Assembly: GCA_964416035.1 (NCBI GenBank)
Contig: CAYQCQ010000002.1
Location: 1-45,116 of the forward strand
DNA from: an uncultured Candidatus Bathyarchaeia archaeon
GTDB lineage: Archaea; Thermoproteota; Bathyarchaeia; 40CM-2-53-6; JALHTG01
Reading direction: 5' to 3'
Length of the DNA stretch: 45,116 bases
Shown: piece after piece, positions 28,252 to 36,660 of the stretch
Layout: every line of letters starts with the position of its first letter
Position numbering within the stretch: position 1 is the stretch's first letter
Position numbers and translations under genes: made by a program
The notes under the pieces: generated by a model
The model's input: the letters and a program-made list of their open reading frames with translations, nothing else
What the model was told of the DNA's origin: nothing
The model's database searches: none

Positions 28252-30558
28252 CTATGTGATCTTTGCTATCGCCAACGCCAATACGTATGCCGTCAGGAGT
28301 GAGGGGGCGATCGTCCCGACAGCTAGACCCACCTGTAAAATTGCAGAAGCTGACAAAACTTGTCCGATCAGCATTAATCCAATACCGACAGCGGTTGCGA
28401 TAACGAATATTATGAGCCATCTGGCTGAGGGCGACCTATGTGTAGCTCTCCTCCATGCTATGGCAAGAAGAGCAAGGAAGGGGCCTAAGTAGAGTGGGCC
28501 AGCCAATGCTCCTGTCAATACCCACGTGGTGACTTCCTGAAGCCATTTGGGAGTTCCAGTGGCAGACGAGACCTGCATGGCGATCTCACTGATCTTTATC
28601 AGGGGATACAGAAGTGTCGCTGTCATTTGTCTAGGGATGGGCGCATTCTCAAGGAACATAAAAATACTATGCAAGAATTGTGGCCACTGCAACTGCTGGC
28701 CAGCGACAGAGACGATTCGCGTCACCGTGACGATGGAACTTTCAAGGGAGTCATAGTCGGGGTCGTAGGTCCATCTGGCCTTGAAGTAGATCTTTTCACC
28801 GTGACGGATCTCCCAAACATGATCGTAGTTGCCGCTGGAGTCGGTTGCAACTGTCGCAATTGGAATCCACTCTACTGAATCTTGGCTCCAGAAAATGGTA
28901 ACGTTTGTAAGGGATCGGGAGGGGGTCGTTGCGCCCTTTATCGTGACTGTGTTCCCGAGAAGTAAGGTTGTGGGAATTACTTGCAGAGTTATCTTGCCTG
29001 TGAAGGGTTCCTGAGTCTCGTATCTTGCTATGAGTTGCATTGGGCTCTTAACAGTGGCTGGAAGAACAATTGTTGTCCCATCTTCAGTTTGCCATCGACG
29101 GAAGACGTATCTGACTTGAGACGCGGTGAGGTTCGTAGGATATATCTTGATCGTCAAAGACGAGTCTGCATTGACCCATTGTCGATTTGTAAAGGGAACT
29201 TTGACGGTTGTTTGATTCTCATTTGCTGCAAGAGTCACAGCTACGCCTGAAGGCAATCCTTTAGTCGAAATCTGGATCTCATATTGTCGTCTCCAGTTTG
29301 CGCGCAATGTCTTCGGCTTATCAACTGTAGCCACTCCCTCAGAGTTGCTGCTTTCCTGATCACCAGTCCAGCCATAGAACACAAGCCTAGTCTTATTCGA
29401 AAGGTCGATAAACGGCTCTATTGAGAACGTGACGGTTGTACCTGCATCGTACCATCCTTCGCCTATTGGTGATCCGTAAGGCGAACTCAGTGACAGGAAA
29501 AACTGTGTTCTGTATGTGAGGTACAGATTTGTATTCTGCGTAATTCTTACGAATGTCGGGTTTGATTTTGTCAACCACTTCCACTCGCTGAAGACCCGTC
29601 TTGAACCGCGCCCTGTCATTATCTCGTTTTGAGCCTCGACTGCGATATCCCCGATCGGGACCCGTATCTCAATCCTCCCGAGCTCATTCGTCTTGAAAGG
29701 AAAGCCGTTGATCTTCACCGTCACATTCTCGATGTCAGAGAACACAGTCAAAGAATAGGGAAAGGGTCCGGGCATCCACTTAGCTTCAATATTCTCAAAT
29801 GGAGCTTGGTAGAGATCATTTAGGCGCAGAGTGTGTGCCCGCAGAACATGGTCTAGGTCGCGTTCGAAGAGATAGAAGATTGAGTAGTAGTATCTCCCTT
29901 GAAGGTCAGTCATCAAGAGCCAAAGCTCACTTACACCAAGGAATCGATTGTAGAGAAGGGGATATAGAGACAAGAGCTCAGTCCGATTGATGTAGAACCC
30001 CCCTTTATCATTGATGAACAGCGTTGGGCCAAGGGCAGATACGCCGCTGGGGTTTTTGGCTTCGGGCACGATCGATAGTCTCGGCATTTCTATTGAGGGA
30101 GTAGGACGTGTCTGATTCTTGACATGGTCTGCACCATAGAACAAGTATATCTCTAACGAGGTGGCCCCGTACTCATAATATTGTAGTTTGAAGGCCCCGG
30201 TGCCATTCCAGAGGTATAGGTATATTACGCTGAAACTGTTCGACGTGACGTTGATGAGAAAGACCACCCAAGCTTTTGTTGCTGTGTCGTACAAGCTGTT
30301 CCAAGGAACAACTTTGAGGTGCCTTCCCTTGAGGAAGATGAGCCCTCCTTCGTTCGTGGCTTTGATGTAGTCGCCGCTCTTTGTCTCCGCGTCAACGGAA
30401 AACTCAACTATTGGATTTCTGACTGAGGAGAGGGTTTCCTTTTGATAGACAGAAGAATCTGCATATGCCATTGCTCGCCCGCAACACGACAAGGTTGCGA
30501 ACGTTATTCCTGCAAGCGCTACAAGGATCAAGAATCCTCTTTTGAATCTCAATCTCAA
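28252..30558 (-). CDS. Large surface protein: unrecognised N-terminal head + 3 repeat modules + beta-sandwich-like segment + polytopic C-terminal tail
   Basis: 768 aa. The TTG start is preceded by GGAG at 4-5 nt. Signal peptide is 'MRLRFKRGFLILVALAGITFATLS'. The repeats are co-linear with those of 23727..27131. The tail has 3-4 hydrophobic helices. There are about 9 N-x-S/T sequons. Confidence 0.75.
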   Translation of the reverse strand: MRLRFKRGFLILVALAGITFATLSCCGRAMAYADSSVYQKETLSSVRNPIVEFSVDAETKSGDYIKATNEGGLIFLKGRHLKVVPWNSLYDTATKAWVVFLINVTSNSFSVIYLYLWNGTGAFKLQYYEYGATSLEIYLFYGADHVKNQTRPTPSIEMPRLSIVPEAKNPSGVSALGPTLFINDKGGFYINRTELLSLYPLLYNRFLGVSELWLLMTDLQGRYYYSIFYLFERDLDHVLRAHTLRLNDLYQAPFENIEAKWMPGPFPYSLTVFSDIENVTVKINGFPFKTNELGRIEIRVPIGDIAVEAQNEIMTGRGSRRVFSEWKWLTKSNPTFVRITQNTNLYLTYRTQFFLSLSSPYGSPIGEGWYDAGTTVTFSIEPFIDLSNKTRLVFYGWTGDQESSNSEGVATVDKPKTLRANWRRQYEIQISTKGLPSGVAVTLAANENQTTVKVPFTNRQWVNADSSLTIKIYPTNLTASQVRYVFRRWQTEDGTTIVLPATVKSPMQLIARYETQEPFTGKITLQVIPTTLLLGNTVTIKGATTPSRSLTNVTIFWSQDSVEWIPIATVATDSSGNYDHVWEIRHGEKIYFKARWTYDPDYDSLESSIVTVTRIVSVAGQQLQWPQFLHSIFMFLENAPIPRQMTATLLYPLIKISEIAMQVSSATGTPKWLQEVTTWVLTGALAGPLYLGPFLALLAIAWRRATHRSPSARWLIIFVIATAVGIGLMLIGQVLSASAILQVGLAVGTIAPSLLTAYVLALAIAKIT
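29017..29751 (-). repeat. Three tandem coding repeat modules homologous to those at 24405..25577
   Basis: 'GEGWYDAGTTVTFSIEP...RLVFYGWTGD' and the terminal module 'KGLPSGVAVTLAAN...RYVFRRWQTEDG' parallel 'GLPNGTGVSIKVN...YALQGWRDSDG' in the larger protein. Confidence 0.65.
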
Positions 30559-30599
30559 GGTTCTCCGATCAAACGGCGAGTTTGGTTACTCGCCAATCG

Positions 30600-30605
30600 T
30601 ATAAT
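30600..30605 (-). promoter_or_regulatory. Candidate TATA box for the 768-aa surface protein gene
   Basis: Minus-strand ATTATA lies 42-47 nt upstream of the TTG start. A 6-bp stem (GGCGAG/CTCGCC, 30575-30594) lies in the presumed 5' UTR. Confidence 0.35.
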
Positions 30606-30849
30606 GTTTTGAAGCAAGTACACATAAAACAGGCAAGAAGTCTCTATCGCGGTTGTCATTACCGGAGCAAACGAAGGCAAGCCAATCGGATCCTTCCATA
30701 GTCTATGTCTGTTGGTCTTGTGACGCGCTCAAGGCTGAGCCGATGCGCCAAAATCCAGATAAGAGCAAGACAGGACCTTCCTGTGTTGCATATGTCTTGT
30801 TGGAGAGATCGGCGGAGTGAAGACGTTTTGGAGGGGCGACTGACTGCTT

Positions 30850-30912
30850 TTCTTCTTCTAGTGAGAAGAAGAATGGAAGCGATCCATTCTTCTCACTAGC
30901 ATGGATCGCTTC
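30850..30912 (+). promoter_or_regulatory. Nested, mutually exclusive stem-loops that can sequester the ATG of ORF 30901
   Basis: Stem A pairs TTCTTCTTC (30850-58) with GAAGAAGAA (30865-73), 9 bp. Stem C pairs GAAGCGATCCAT (30876-87) with ATGGATCGCTTC (30901-12), a perfect 12 bp that includes the start codon. An alternative stem B pairs 30858-76 with 30884-99. Confidence 0.5.
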
Positions 30913-31311
30913 GGAGGCCTTGGGGAAAGTCGCACAGAAGCCTCAGTCAAAAATTATCCTAAGAGAACTCTGGCTGCTGCAGAATTCATCAGAGACTTGG
31001 CGCTTATCTGGGTTGATCTCGGAGGATCATACCACTGGTCCTTGGCTGAACAATCGTACTTTTGGCTTGTTGGAAAGAATGAGATGAATCTGGGCATGCA
31101 GCAAGTGAACAATACGGTAGCAACCAAGGGAGGATTCTATGCCGGAGTGGAGAGCAGCACTTATGTCAATAGGAAATCGATTACTAAGATCACTGCAGAA
31201 TGCGTGGAGGTGATGCTCTACGCAATGTCAATAGACATACCGGAGTTCCCTGCCCCCAGATACTCTACAATCTTCGCGGTTGAGGCAATAGCGATGTCAC
31301 TTGTTCTTTGA
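30901..31311 (+). CDS. Hypothetical protein with PEF-like C-terminal motif truncated by TGA
   Basis: 136 aa with no signal peptide. It ends '...IDIPEFPAPRYSTIFAVEAIAMSLVL' then TGA. The same frame continues 'ASRRKRRQTHEVFLDSS' to a TGA at 31363-31365. Confidence 0.45.
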   Translation: MDRFGGLGESRTEASVKNYPKRTLAAAEFIRDLALIWVDLGGSYHWSLAEQSYFWLVGKNEMNLGMQQVNNTVATKGGFYAGVESSTYVNRKSITKITAECVEVMLYAMSIDIPEFPAPRYSTIFAVEAIAMSLVL

Positions 31312-31399
31312 GCCAGCAGACGAAAACGACGACAGACACATGAAGTTTTCCTCGATAGCTCGTGAACATCAGATATGCCCGAGATCAAGGGAGAGACGG

Positions 31400-32686
31400 C
31401 TATGTGAAATCTTGCAGTGGACGAAGGCACTTCCATAGCAAGAAAGAGAAACGTATTTGAGCTTTTTCAAGAACTGTTCTGTCGACAACGGGGCTCTTTC
31501 GAAGCTTTGACTTCAGCACCCACAGAGTCAAACAGAGCAAAGCGAACGAGAGTATCGAGAGGGTTACTGAGAAAAGGAATGAGGGGGTGACTAGCTCTTG
31601 GGGCCGAAGCAGCATGATCTTTCCAGGAGAACTGTATACGCCGCAGACCAGAAACTCGTTCAAAGGGGCAAAGGCGTAGACCCCACCATCGCCCTCTCCG
31701 AGACTCAGTGTATCCAACCTTCTGAGATCTAGATCCAACCTAATGACCTTCCCTGGACGTGTGTCCAGTCCGGCGTAGACCGAGCCTAGGTGGACGATGA
31801 GGCTCCAGACGTTGTCCTCCCCTTGGGAAAAACGCGCGCTAACGGCCACTTCCTCAAAAGTGGTCAGGTCTACTTTTGCGATTCCTCCTGGTTTCGAGTA
31901 GAATCCGGCAAACAGTAGATTTTCCGAAATGGCGATTGGCTGGGAATAGTCTTCTCCAAGTCGAAATCGGAGAGACTGTACCTCTCGGAAGGTCTCGAGA
32001 TCTATCTTCGCGACGCCTCCAGGCCGCATTGCTATGCCCGCGTAGAGATATCCATCCTTAGTCGCCATTGAGTAGATGTTATTCTCTCCCGAGGCCAGCT
32101 CAATGAGATCGACTTGCTTCAAGGTCTTGAGGTCAATCTTGGCGATCTTACCTGGCCACATCCTCAAGCTTGCGTAAAGGAAGCCGTTTGATGACGCCAA
32201 GGAACTGACCCAGTTCTGGCCTTCTGGAAGAGTCAGTGTTTCAACCCTGGTAAAGCTGTCTGCGTGGATCTTCACGACTCTTCCGGGTGAGGTGTATAGG
32301 CCTGCGTATAGGTGATCTTCGACGACTAGTAGAGAGTAGATGGAGTTCTCATCTTCGGACAACCTCAGGGGGGAGCCTATCTTCTTCATTGTTTTCGTGT
32401 CAACTCTGACAATCGTTCCGGGTACCATGTTCATACCGACATAGAGCGTGTTGCCTTTCAAAGCTAAAGATGTCACCTTGTTTTCTCCTGGGGCAAATGA
32501 GAGAGAGTTCTCTACTGTCAAACCAATCGCTGCCTCAGAAAACAAAGAGTTGAGAAGTAGAAAGCATGATACTACGGCTGACACGCGAGAGTCTTCAAGA
32601 AGAGCGAATTCCGCGCCGAAAGGTGACAGTGTTCTTGACACAGGAATCTTCCTAGCTGCGGCCAGTCTTTTCTTGCGTACTTCCAC
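31400..32686 (-). CDS. Membrane-anchored 7-bladed beta-propeller-like repeat protein
   Basis: 428 aa with an N-terminal hydrophobic segment and seven ~44-aa repeats of consensus 'GE.n.vySl....g.LYAG.....PG.vaKiDL.t...v'. A C-terminal TM helix 'FLFSVTLSILSFALLCLTLWVL' is followed by a basic tail. Confidence 0.7.
   Translation of the reverse strand: MEVRKKRLAAARKIPVSRTLSPFGAEFALLEDSRVSAVVSCFLLLNSLFSEAAIGLTVENSLSFAPGENKVTSLALKGNTLYVGMNMVPGTIVRVDTKTMKKIGSPLRLSEDENSIYSLLVVEDHLYAGLYTSPGRVVKIHADSFTRVETLTLPEGQNWVSSLASSNGFLYASLRMWPGKIAKIDLKTLKQVDLIELASGENNIYSMATKDGYLYAGIAMRPGGVAKIDLETFREVQSLRFRLGEDYSQPIAISENLLFAGFYSKPGGIAKVDLTTFEEVAVSARFSQGEDNVWSLIVHLGSVYAGLDTRPGKVIRLDLDLRRLDTLSLGEGDGGVYAFAPLNEFLVCGVYSSPGKIMLLRPQELVTPSFLFSVTLSILSFALLCLTLWVLKSKLRKSPVVDRTVLEKAQIRFSFLLWKCLRPLQDFT
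31601..32488 (-). repeat. Seven tandem ~44-aa coding repeats (propeller blades)
   Basis: Blade cores are 'LYVGMNMVPGTIVRVD', 'LYAGLYTSPGRVVKIH', 'LYASLRMWPGKIAKIDL', 'LYAGIAMRPGGVAKIDL', 'LFAGFYSKPGGIAKVDL', 'VYAGLDTRPGKVIRLDL' and 'LVCGVYSSPGKIMLL'. Confidence 0.75.
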
Positions 32687-32868
32687 TCAACTTGGGCCTA
32701 CTCTCGTGCATCTGATTCCTCGTCGTCAACCTGCTGGAAACTCTTCACAGAGAGCTACTTCGGACTTCATTCGAGCTAACTTAAAGTAGGCGGCCCCCTT
32801 CGATGTTTGAGCGGTCCTTGAATGATTCGTAGACTGTCTGTCCGAGACAACGGAAAACTGTATCCGAC

Positions 32869-33651
32869 CTAGCGACCATATGTCCGCTTTCTTTTTTGAT
32901 ATATTCTTATCGCACGCAGCAGATCGATCTTGCGAAATTCAGGCCAGTACACATCGAGAAAGCAAAGCTCACTATATGCGGACTGCCAAAGAAGGAAGCC
33001 ACTGAGCCTTTCCTCACCTGATGTCCTTATGATTAGATCTGGGTAGGGGTTCGGTAGATGCGCCGTGTATAAGTAGTCACGAAAGCTTTCTTCATTGATA
33101 TCGTTCGGAGAGATCTTTCCCACATTTAGGTCCTGAGCTATCTTTCTTGCAGCGTCGACTATCTCAGCCCTACCGCCGTACGCTATGGCTATATTCAAGA
33201 AGTGCTTGTCGTGGTTCCTTGTGTGATCCTCCATCTTCGCAATCAGCTTCTGCAACGTCTCTGGGAGAAGTTCAGTCCTCCCGATCACCTTCACCCTAAC
33301 CTGGTTTTCTCGGAGCCTATCGTCATCGTCAAGTCTTTTCGCCTCTTGTTCCAAGACTTCAAAGATGCGTTCAACCTCCTTTCGAGACCTTTGGAAGTTC
33401 TCAGTCGAAAAAGCATAGGCCGTTACTGTTTGTATGCCGAGTTCCAAGCACCATTCAAGGAAAACCTCCGCCTTCCTTCCACCCCATAAATGCCCGTCCC
33501 ACTCAGGAAGTGATTGTCCCACAGCCCATCTCCGATTCCCATCGAGTATCACTCCAATATGTTGAGGCATCTCGCCGCTCATAACTTGGTCAAGAAGCCA
33601 TTTTTCGTAGATCTTGTAGACCCCGGTTGTCTCCAACAGGCTACGAAGCAT
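32869..33651 (-). CDS. uppS: cis-Prenyltransferase (undecaprenyl/dolichyl-type polyprenyl diphosphate synthase)
   Basis: 260 aa with 'HIGVILDGNRRWA' and 'IRTSGEERLSGFLLWQSAYSE'. Confidence 0.9.
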   Translation of the reverse strand: MLRSLLETTGVYKIYEKWLLDQVMSGEMPQHIGVILDGNRRWAVGQSLPEWDGHLWGGRKAEVFLEWCLELGIQTVTAYAFSTENFQRSRKEVERIFEVLEQEAKRLDDDDRLRENQVRVKVIGRTELLPETLQKLIAKMEDHTRNHDKHFLNIAIAYGGRAEIVDAARKIAQDLNVGKISPNDINEESFRDYLYTAHLPNPYPDLIIRTSGEERLSGFLLWQSAYSELCFLDVYWPEFRKIDLLRAIRIYQKRKRTYGR

Positions 33652-33660
33652 CGCTGATTC

Positions 33661-34431
33661 CTACACTCCTGTGGTAAGTGATGATTTGCATCTACACTGT
33701 TCGGCATCATCTAGCTGGGCGATTGACTGCGACATTATCGCCGTTATGGTGGGCATGACTCTAGTAGCAACTTCTCTTACCTCTTCATGACTTACTCGGG
33801 CCTGCATTCCGGCCGCCATGTTCGACACAAAGCAAATGGAGGCATAACATAGACCCGCCTCTCTTGCGAGGAAGACCTCCGGAGCTCCAGTCATTCCGAC
33901 CAAGTCGCATCCTAGTAGTTTGAACATCCTTATCTCTGCAGGAGTCTCAAAGCGCGGCCCTTCCGTACATACCATCACTGAGTCGGTCCAAACATGCGCT
34001 ATGTGCTTCTTTGACGACTCGATCAAGAGTTTTCTCAGACTCGGGCAATACGGGTCACTGACATCTACATGTACCACCGGTGGCCTGTCGTATAGAGTCG
34101 TGGGTCTCGTCTTTGTGAAATCTACGATATCAAGGGGTATTGCTATGTCTCCTGGTTTGTACTTTTCGTTGATGGCGCCTACAGCGTTCGTTGCGATGAT
34201 TCGTTCGACACCGAGATTCTTCAGTCCAATGGTCAACGCTCGGTAGTTCACCTTGTGGGGAGGGACTTCATGTTTTGGACCATGTCGCGGGATGAAGGCA
34301 ACTTCATGGCCCTTGACGATGCCTATTGTTATTGGTGGAGGCTTACCGTATTCAGTTTCCACCTCGGTAACCTTTCCTCTGTCCAGCATCTTTTCAAGGC
34401 CTGAGCCCCCTATGACAGCTACCTTGACCAA
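33661..34431 (-). CDS. mtnP: S-methyl-5'-thioadenosine phosphorylase
   Basis: 256 aa with a TTG start. It carries 'VAVIGGSG', 'AFIPRHGPKHEVPPHKVNYRA' and 'ATNAVGAIN...PGD'. Confidence 0.85.
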   Translation of the reverse strand: MVKVAVIGGSGLEKMLDRGKVTEVETEYGKPPPITIGIVKGHEVAFIPRHGPKHEVPPHKVNYRALTIGLKNLGVERIIATNAVGAINEKYKPGDIAIPLDIVDFTKTRPTTLYDRPPVVHVDVSDPYCPSLRKLLIESSKKHIAHVWTDSVMVCTEGPRFETPAEIRMFKLLGCDLVGMTGAPEVFLAREAGLCYASICFVSNMAAGMQARVSHEEVREVATRVMPTITAIMSQSIAQLDDAEQCRCKSSLTTGV

Positions 34432-34506
34432 TGGTCTTCTTCCTCATAATAAAGTCTCAAAACGTGAGGCATTCCAAGAGACAAGAACGGAAATACCGGG
34501 CGAGAT

Positions 34507-35352
34507 CTATACTGCTCCTTTCTCAACGAGAGTTCTGAACTCGTCAAGTGAAAGTTTCTCTCCCCTCCTCAACTTCTCTTCAGCCATACCCTCAACCTTC
34601 TTCCGGACTTCTTGTTGTTTCTTGAGCCGTGACATTTGGTCTTCCATAATGATCTTCTGTCTTGACTCCTTTGCCTTTATGTACTCCAAATGAGCCTCGT
34701 CCGCCTGTCGCTTGATTTCGGCGTAGTTGAGATGTGCCTCATCAGCTTCCGACTTCAGGTCCGAGGCCTGCTTTACAACTTCAATCATCCTCTCATGGTA
34801 GACCTCGCTCTCTTTCGCGATCTCGCTCAATTTTTCATGTGCTTCATTCGCTATAAATCTAGCTGCATTCATCTCCGCCTGGAGCATGATTACCCTGTCT
34901 CTTAACTCACGGATCTTGTCGTAAACCACAACTTGAGCGTCAAGTTTCTTGATTTGGGCTATGAGTCTGGCCTCTTCCTTGGCAGATAGCGGATTCGTCT
35001 GTATTTTCCACTCCAATTCTTGCATTCTTTTCTTCAAGCCGGAATAGCTTCCTGAGGCTCTTTTCTCAAGGCTAATGATAGTGTTCTTGACCGATTCTGC
35101 CTCAGCGCGCTTGGCGTCGAGCTTTCTTCTTGCCTCTTCCCTCTTCTCTTTCAGTTCACGTACCTGCAGGTTTAGTGAGTCTCTCTTTCCCTTCAGTTCT
35201 TGAATTTGCTCCTTGAGCCTTTGGAACTGCTCGTTCAGTTCGTCTCTCTTCCGGGCCAGAAGCTTTGCCTCATTGTCCAGTTGATTGCGCTTAGTTCTAG
35301 ACGAGGTAATCCTCTCGTCGAGATCTTCGACCGTTTCCACGATCTGCGTCAT
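34507..35352 (-). CDS. Archaeal coiled-coil protein of unknown function (COG1340-like)
   Basis: 281 aa, almost entirely heptad-like K/E/R/L-rich sequence. It ends in 'GEKLSLDEFRTLVEKG'. Confidence 0.7.
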   Translation of the reverse strand: MTQIVETVEDLDERITSSRTKRNQLDNEAKLLARKRDELNEQFQRLKEQIQELKGKRDSLNLQVRELKEKREEARRKLDAKRAEAESVKNTIISLEKRASGSYSGLKKRMQELEWKIQTNPLSAKEEARLIAQIKKLDAQVVVYDKIRELRDRVIMLQAEMNAARFIANEAHEKLSEIAKESEVYHERMIEVVKQASDLKSEADEAHLNYAEIKRQADEAHLEYIKAKESRQKIIMEDQMSRLKKQQEVRKKVEGMAEEKLRRGEKLSLDEFRTLVEKGAV

Positions 35353-35555
35353 CGCTAGCCCTCAGCCATGCCCAGACACGTGTAAGACGGAGAATCGCTT
35401 TTCTTAATTAAGCTTTGGCGAATGACGTTAGCCCGGAAAAGAGCAAGTAAAATTGCCGACACCATTCTCATTATGAAACAGGCTTGAGCTGGAAAATGTT
35501 GGCGTATCTGAGACGAATGACTGCGTACGGCTGAGGGAAGAGGAGGGACCCTCTG

Positions 35556-36260
35556 CTAAAGACGTAAGATCATTCTTGCGTCAACTATGCTAGACCCCTT
35601 GTCATAGACCATGACGGGGTTGAGGTCCATCTGATTGATCTGCGGGTTCTCCATAGTTAGATCTGAAGCCTTTAGCAGAATGTCCACTATTGCATCCTCG
35701 TCGACTGGAGGCTGGCCTCGGTAGCCCTTCAAGATCGGATAGGCCTTGATCTCACGAATCATCTCCCGAGCATCCTGCTCGGTAATAGGCGCAATCCTGA
35801 GAGTCACGTCCTTCAGAATCTCGACAAATACTCCTCCGAGACCAAACATCAGAGTCTGGCCGAACTGGGGGTCCATCAGACCGCCTATGATTACCTCGGT
35901 TCCTTGAGGAACCATCTTTTGGACGAGGACGCCCTCAAGCTTCGCCTTCGAACTATGTTTCTTTGCGTTCTCCATTATTCTTATGAACCCGTCTCTGACT
36001 TCGGCGGAGTTTCTGATGTCGAGGAGTACTCCCCCTGCTTCAGTCTTGTGCAGGATGTCTTGGGAAACGATCTTGAGCACAATTGGGTACCCTAGCCTTT
36101 GGGCAGCATTAGAGGCTTCTTCAGCGCTCTTCGCCAACTCGAACAGAGGAATCGGCATCTGATAGTCTGCGCAAATCGCTTTGGCTTCAGTTTCGAGTAG
36201 GTTTGCACGGCCACTCTTTAGCGCCGTCTCAATGATCTCCCTTGTTCTCCTGCCCATCAT
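35556..36260 (-). CDS. acdB: Acetyl-CoA synthetase (ADP-forming) beta subunit / stand-alone ATP-grasp domain
   Basis: 234 aa. 'LLETEAKAICADYQMPIP', 'YPIVLKIVSQDILHKTEAGGV' and 'VQKMVPQGTEVIIGG' match the ATP-grasp half of NDP-forming acyl-CoA synthetases. Confidence 0.75.
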   Translation of the reverse strand: MMGRRTREIIETALKSGRANLLETEAKAICADYQMPIPLFELAKSAEEASNAAQRLGYPIVLKIVSQDILHKTEAGGVLLDIRNSAEVRDGFIRIMENAKKHSSKAKLEGVLVQKMVPQGTEVIIGGLMDPQFGQTLMFGLGGVFVEILKDVTLRIAPITEQDAREMIREIKAYPILKGYRGQPPVDEDAIVDILLKASDLTMENPQINQMDLNPVMVYDKGSSIVDARMILRL

Positions 36261-36660
36261 AACCCCGCCCGTTTGGCAATATGAAAACCGAGCGAGTTGT
36301 TATAATCCTAATGAAGAAAGAACATTCGGCTATATTGCTTTTAGCCTTTATATGCGCCGTGAGGGATTGGTCGGTGATAGAACTTTGTGATTCAGCTAAG
36401 AGACTGACGAATCGAGATCACGTCTGAAGACATTGAGACATGCAAAACCTTTCAAATGAGAGACTCTGCAATATCGGTTCCTCCTCTAGTATGGACCAGT
36501 CCCATTTGCTCATATCTTTTCAATAAGCCCCCGTACGACTCCCTCTGGCCTCTCAAGAATCATTGATAGACGGCACCTTCCCACGGTCTTTCAGCTCTCT
36601 GAAGCTCAGGAGAAAGTAAGCTTCATCAAACACAATTCTTTTCCGGTTCATTGAGGAAAC

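Noticed and set aside
30705-30899. 64-aa plus-strand ORF upstream of ORF 30901, considered as a possible leader peptide.
   Set aside because: It is highly basic and low-complexity with no SD and no recognisable fold. It is more likely a by-product of the structured non-coding region described in the findings.
35349-35540. Distant 9-bp inverted repeat CCCTCAGCC / GGCTGAGGG flanking the 35353-35555 gap, and C/D-box-like fragments (AATGAC...CTGA).
   Set aside because: The arms are about 180 nt apart. No canonical RUGAUGA/CUGA box pairs with 12-nt guide spacing could be drawn. Chance occurrence is likely.
36261-36660. A 400-nt gap containing minus-strand ORF fragments ('MNRKRIVFDEAYFLLSFRELKDRGKVPSINDS' then TGA then more open frame; another frame reads '...LLKRYEQMGLVHTRGG', vaguely winged-helix-like).
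   Set aside because: The fragments are short, are interrupted by several stops in every frame, and carry no firm motif. This could be a decayed regulator gene, but I cannot support that from sequence alone.
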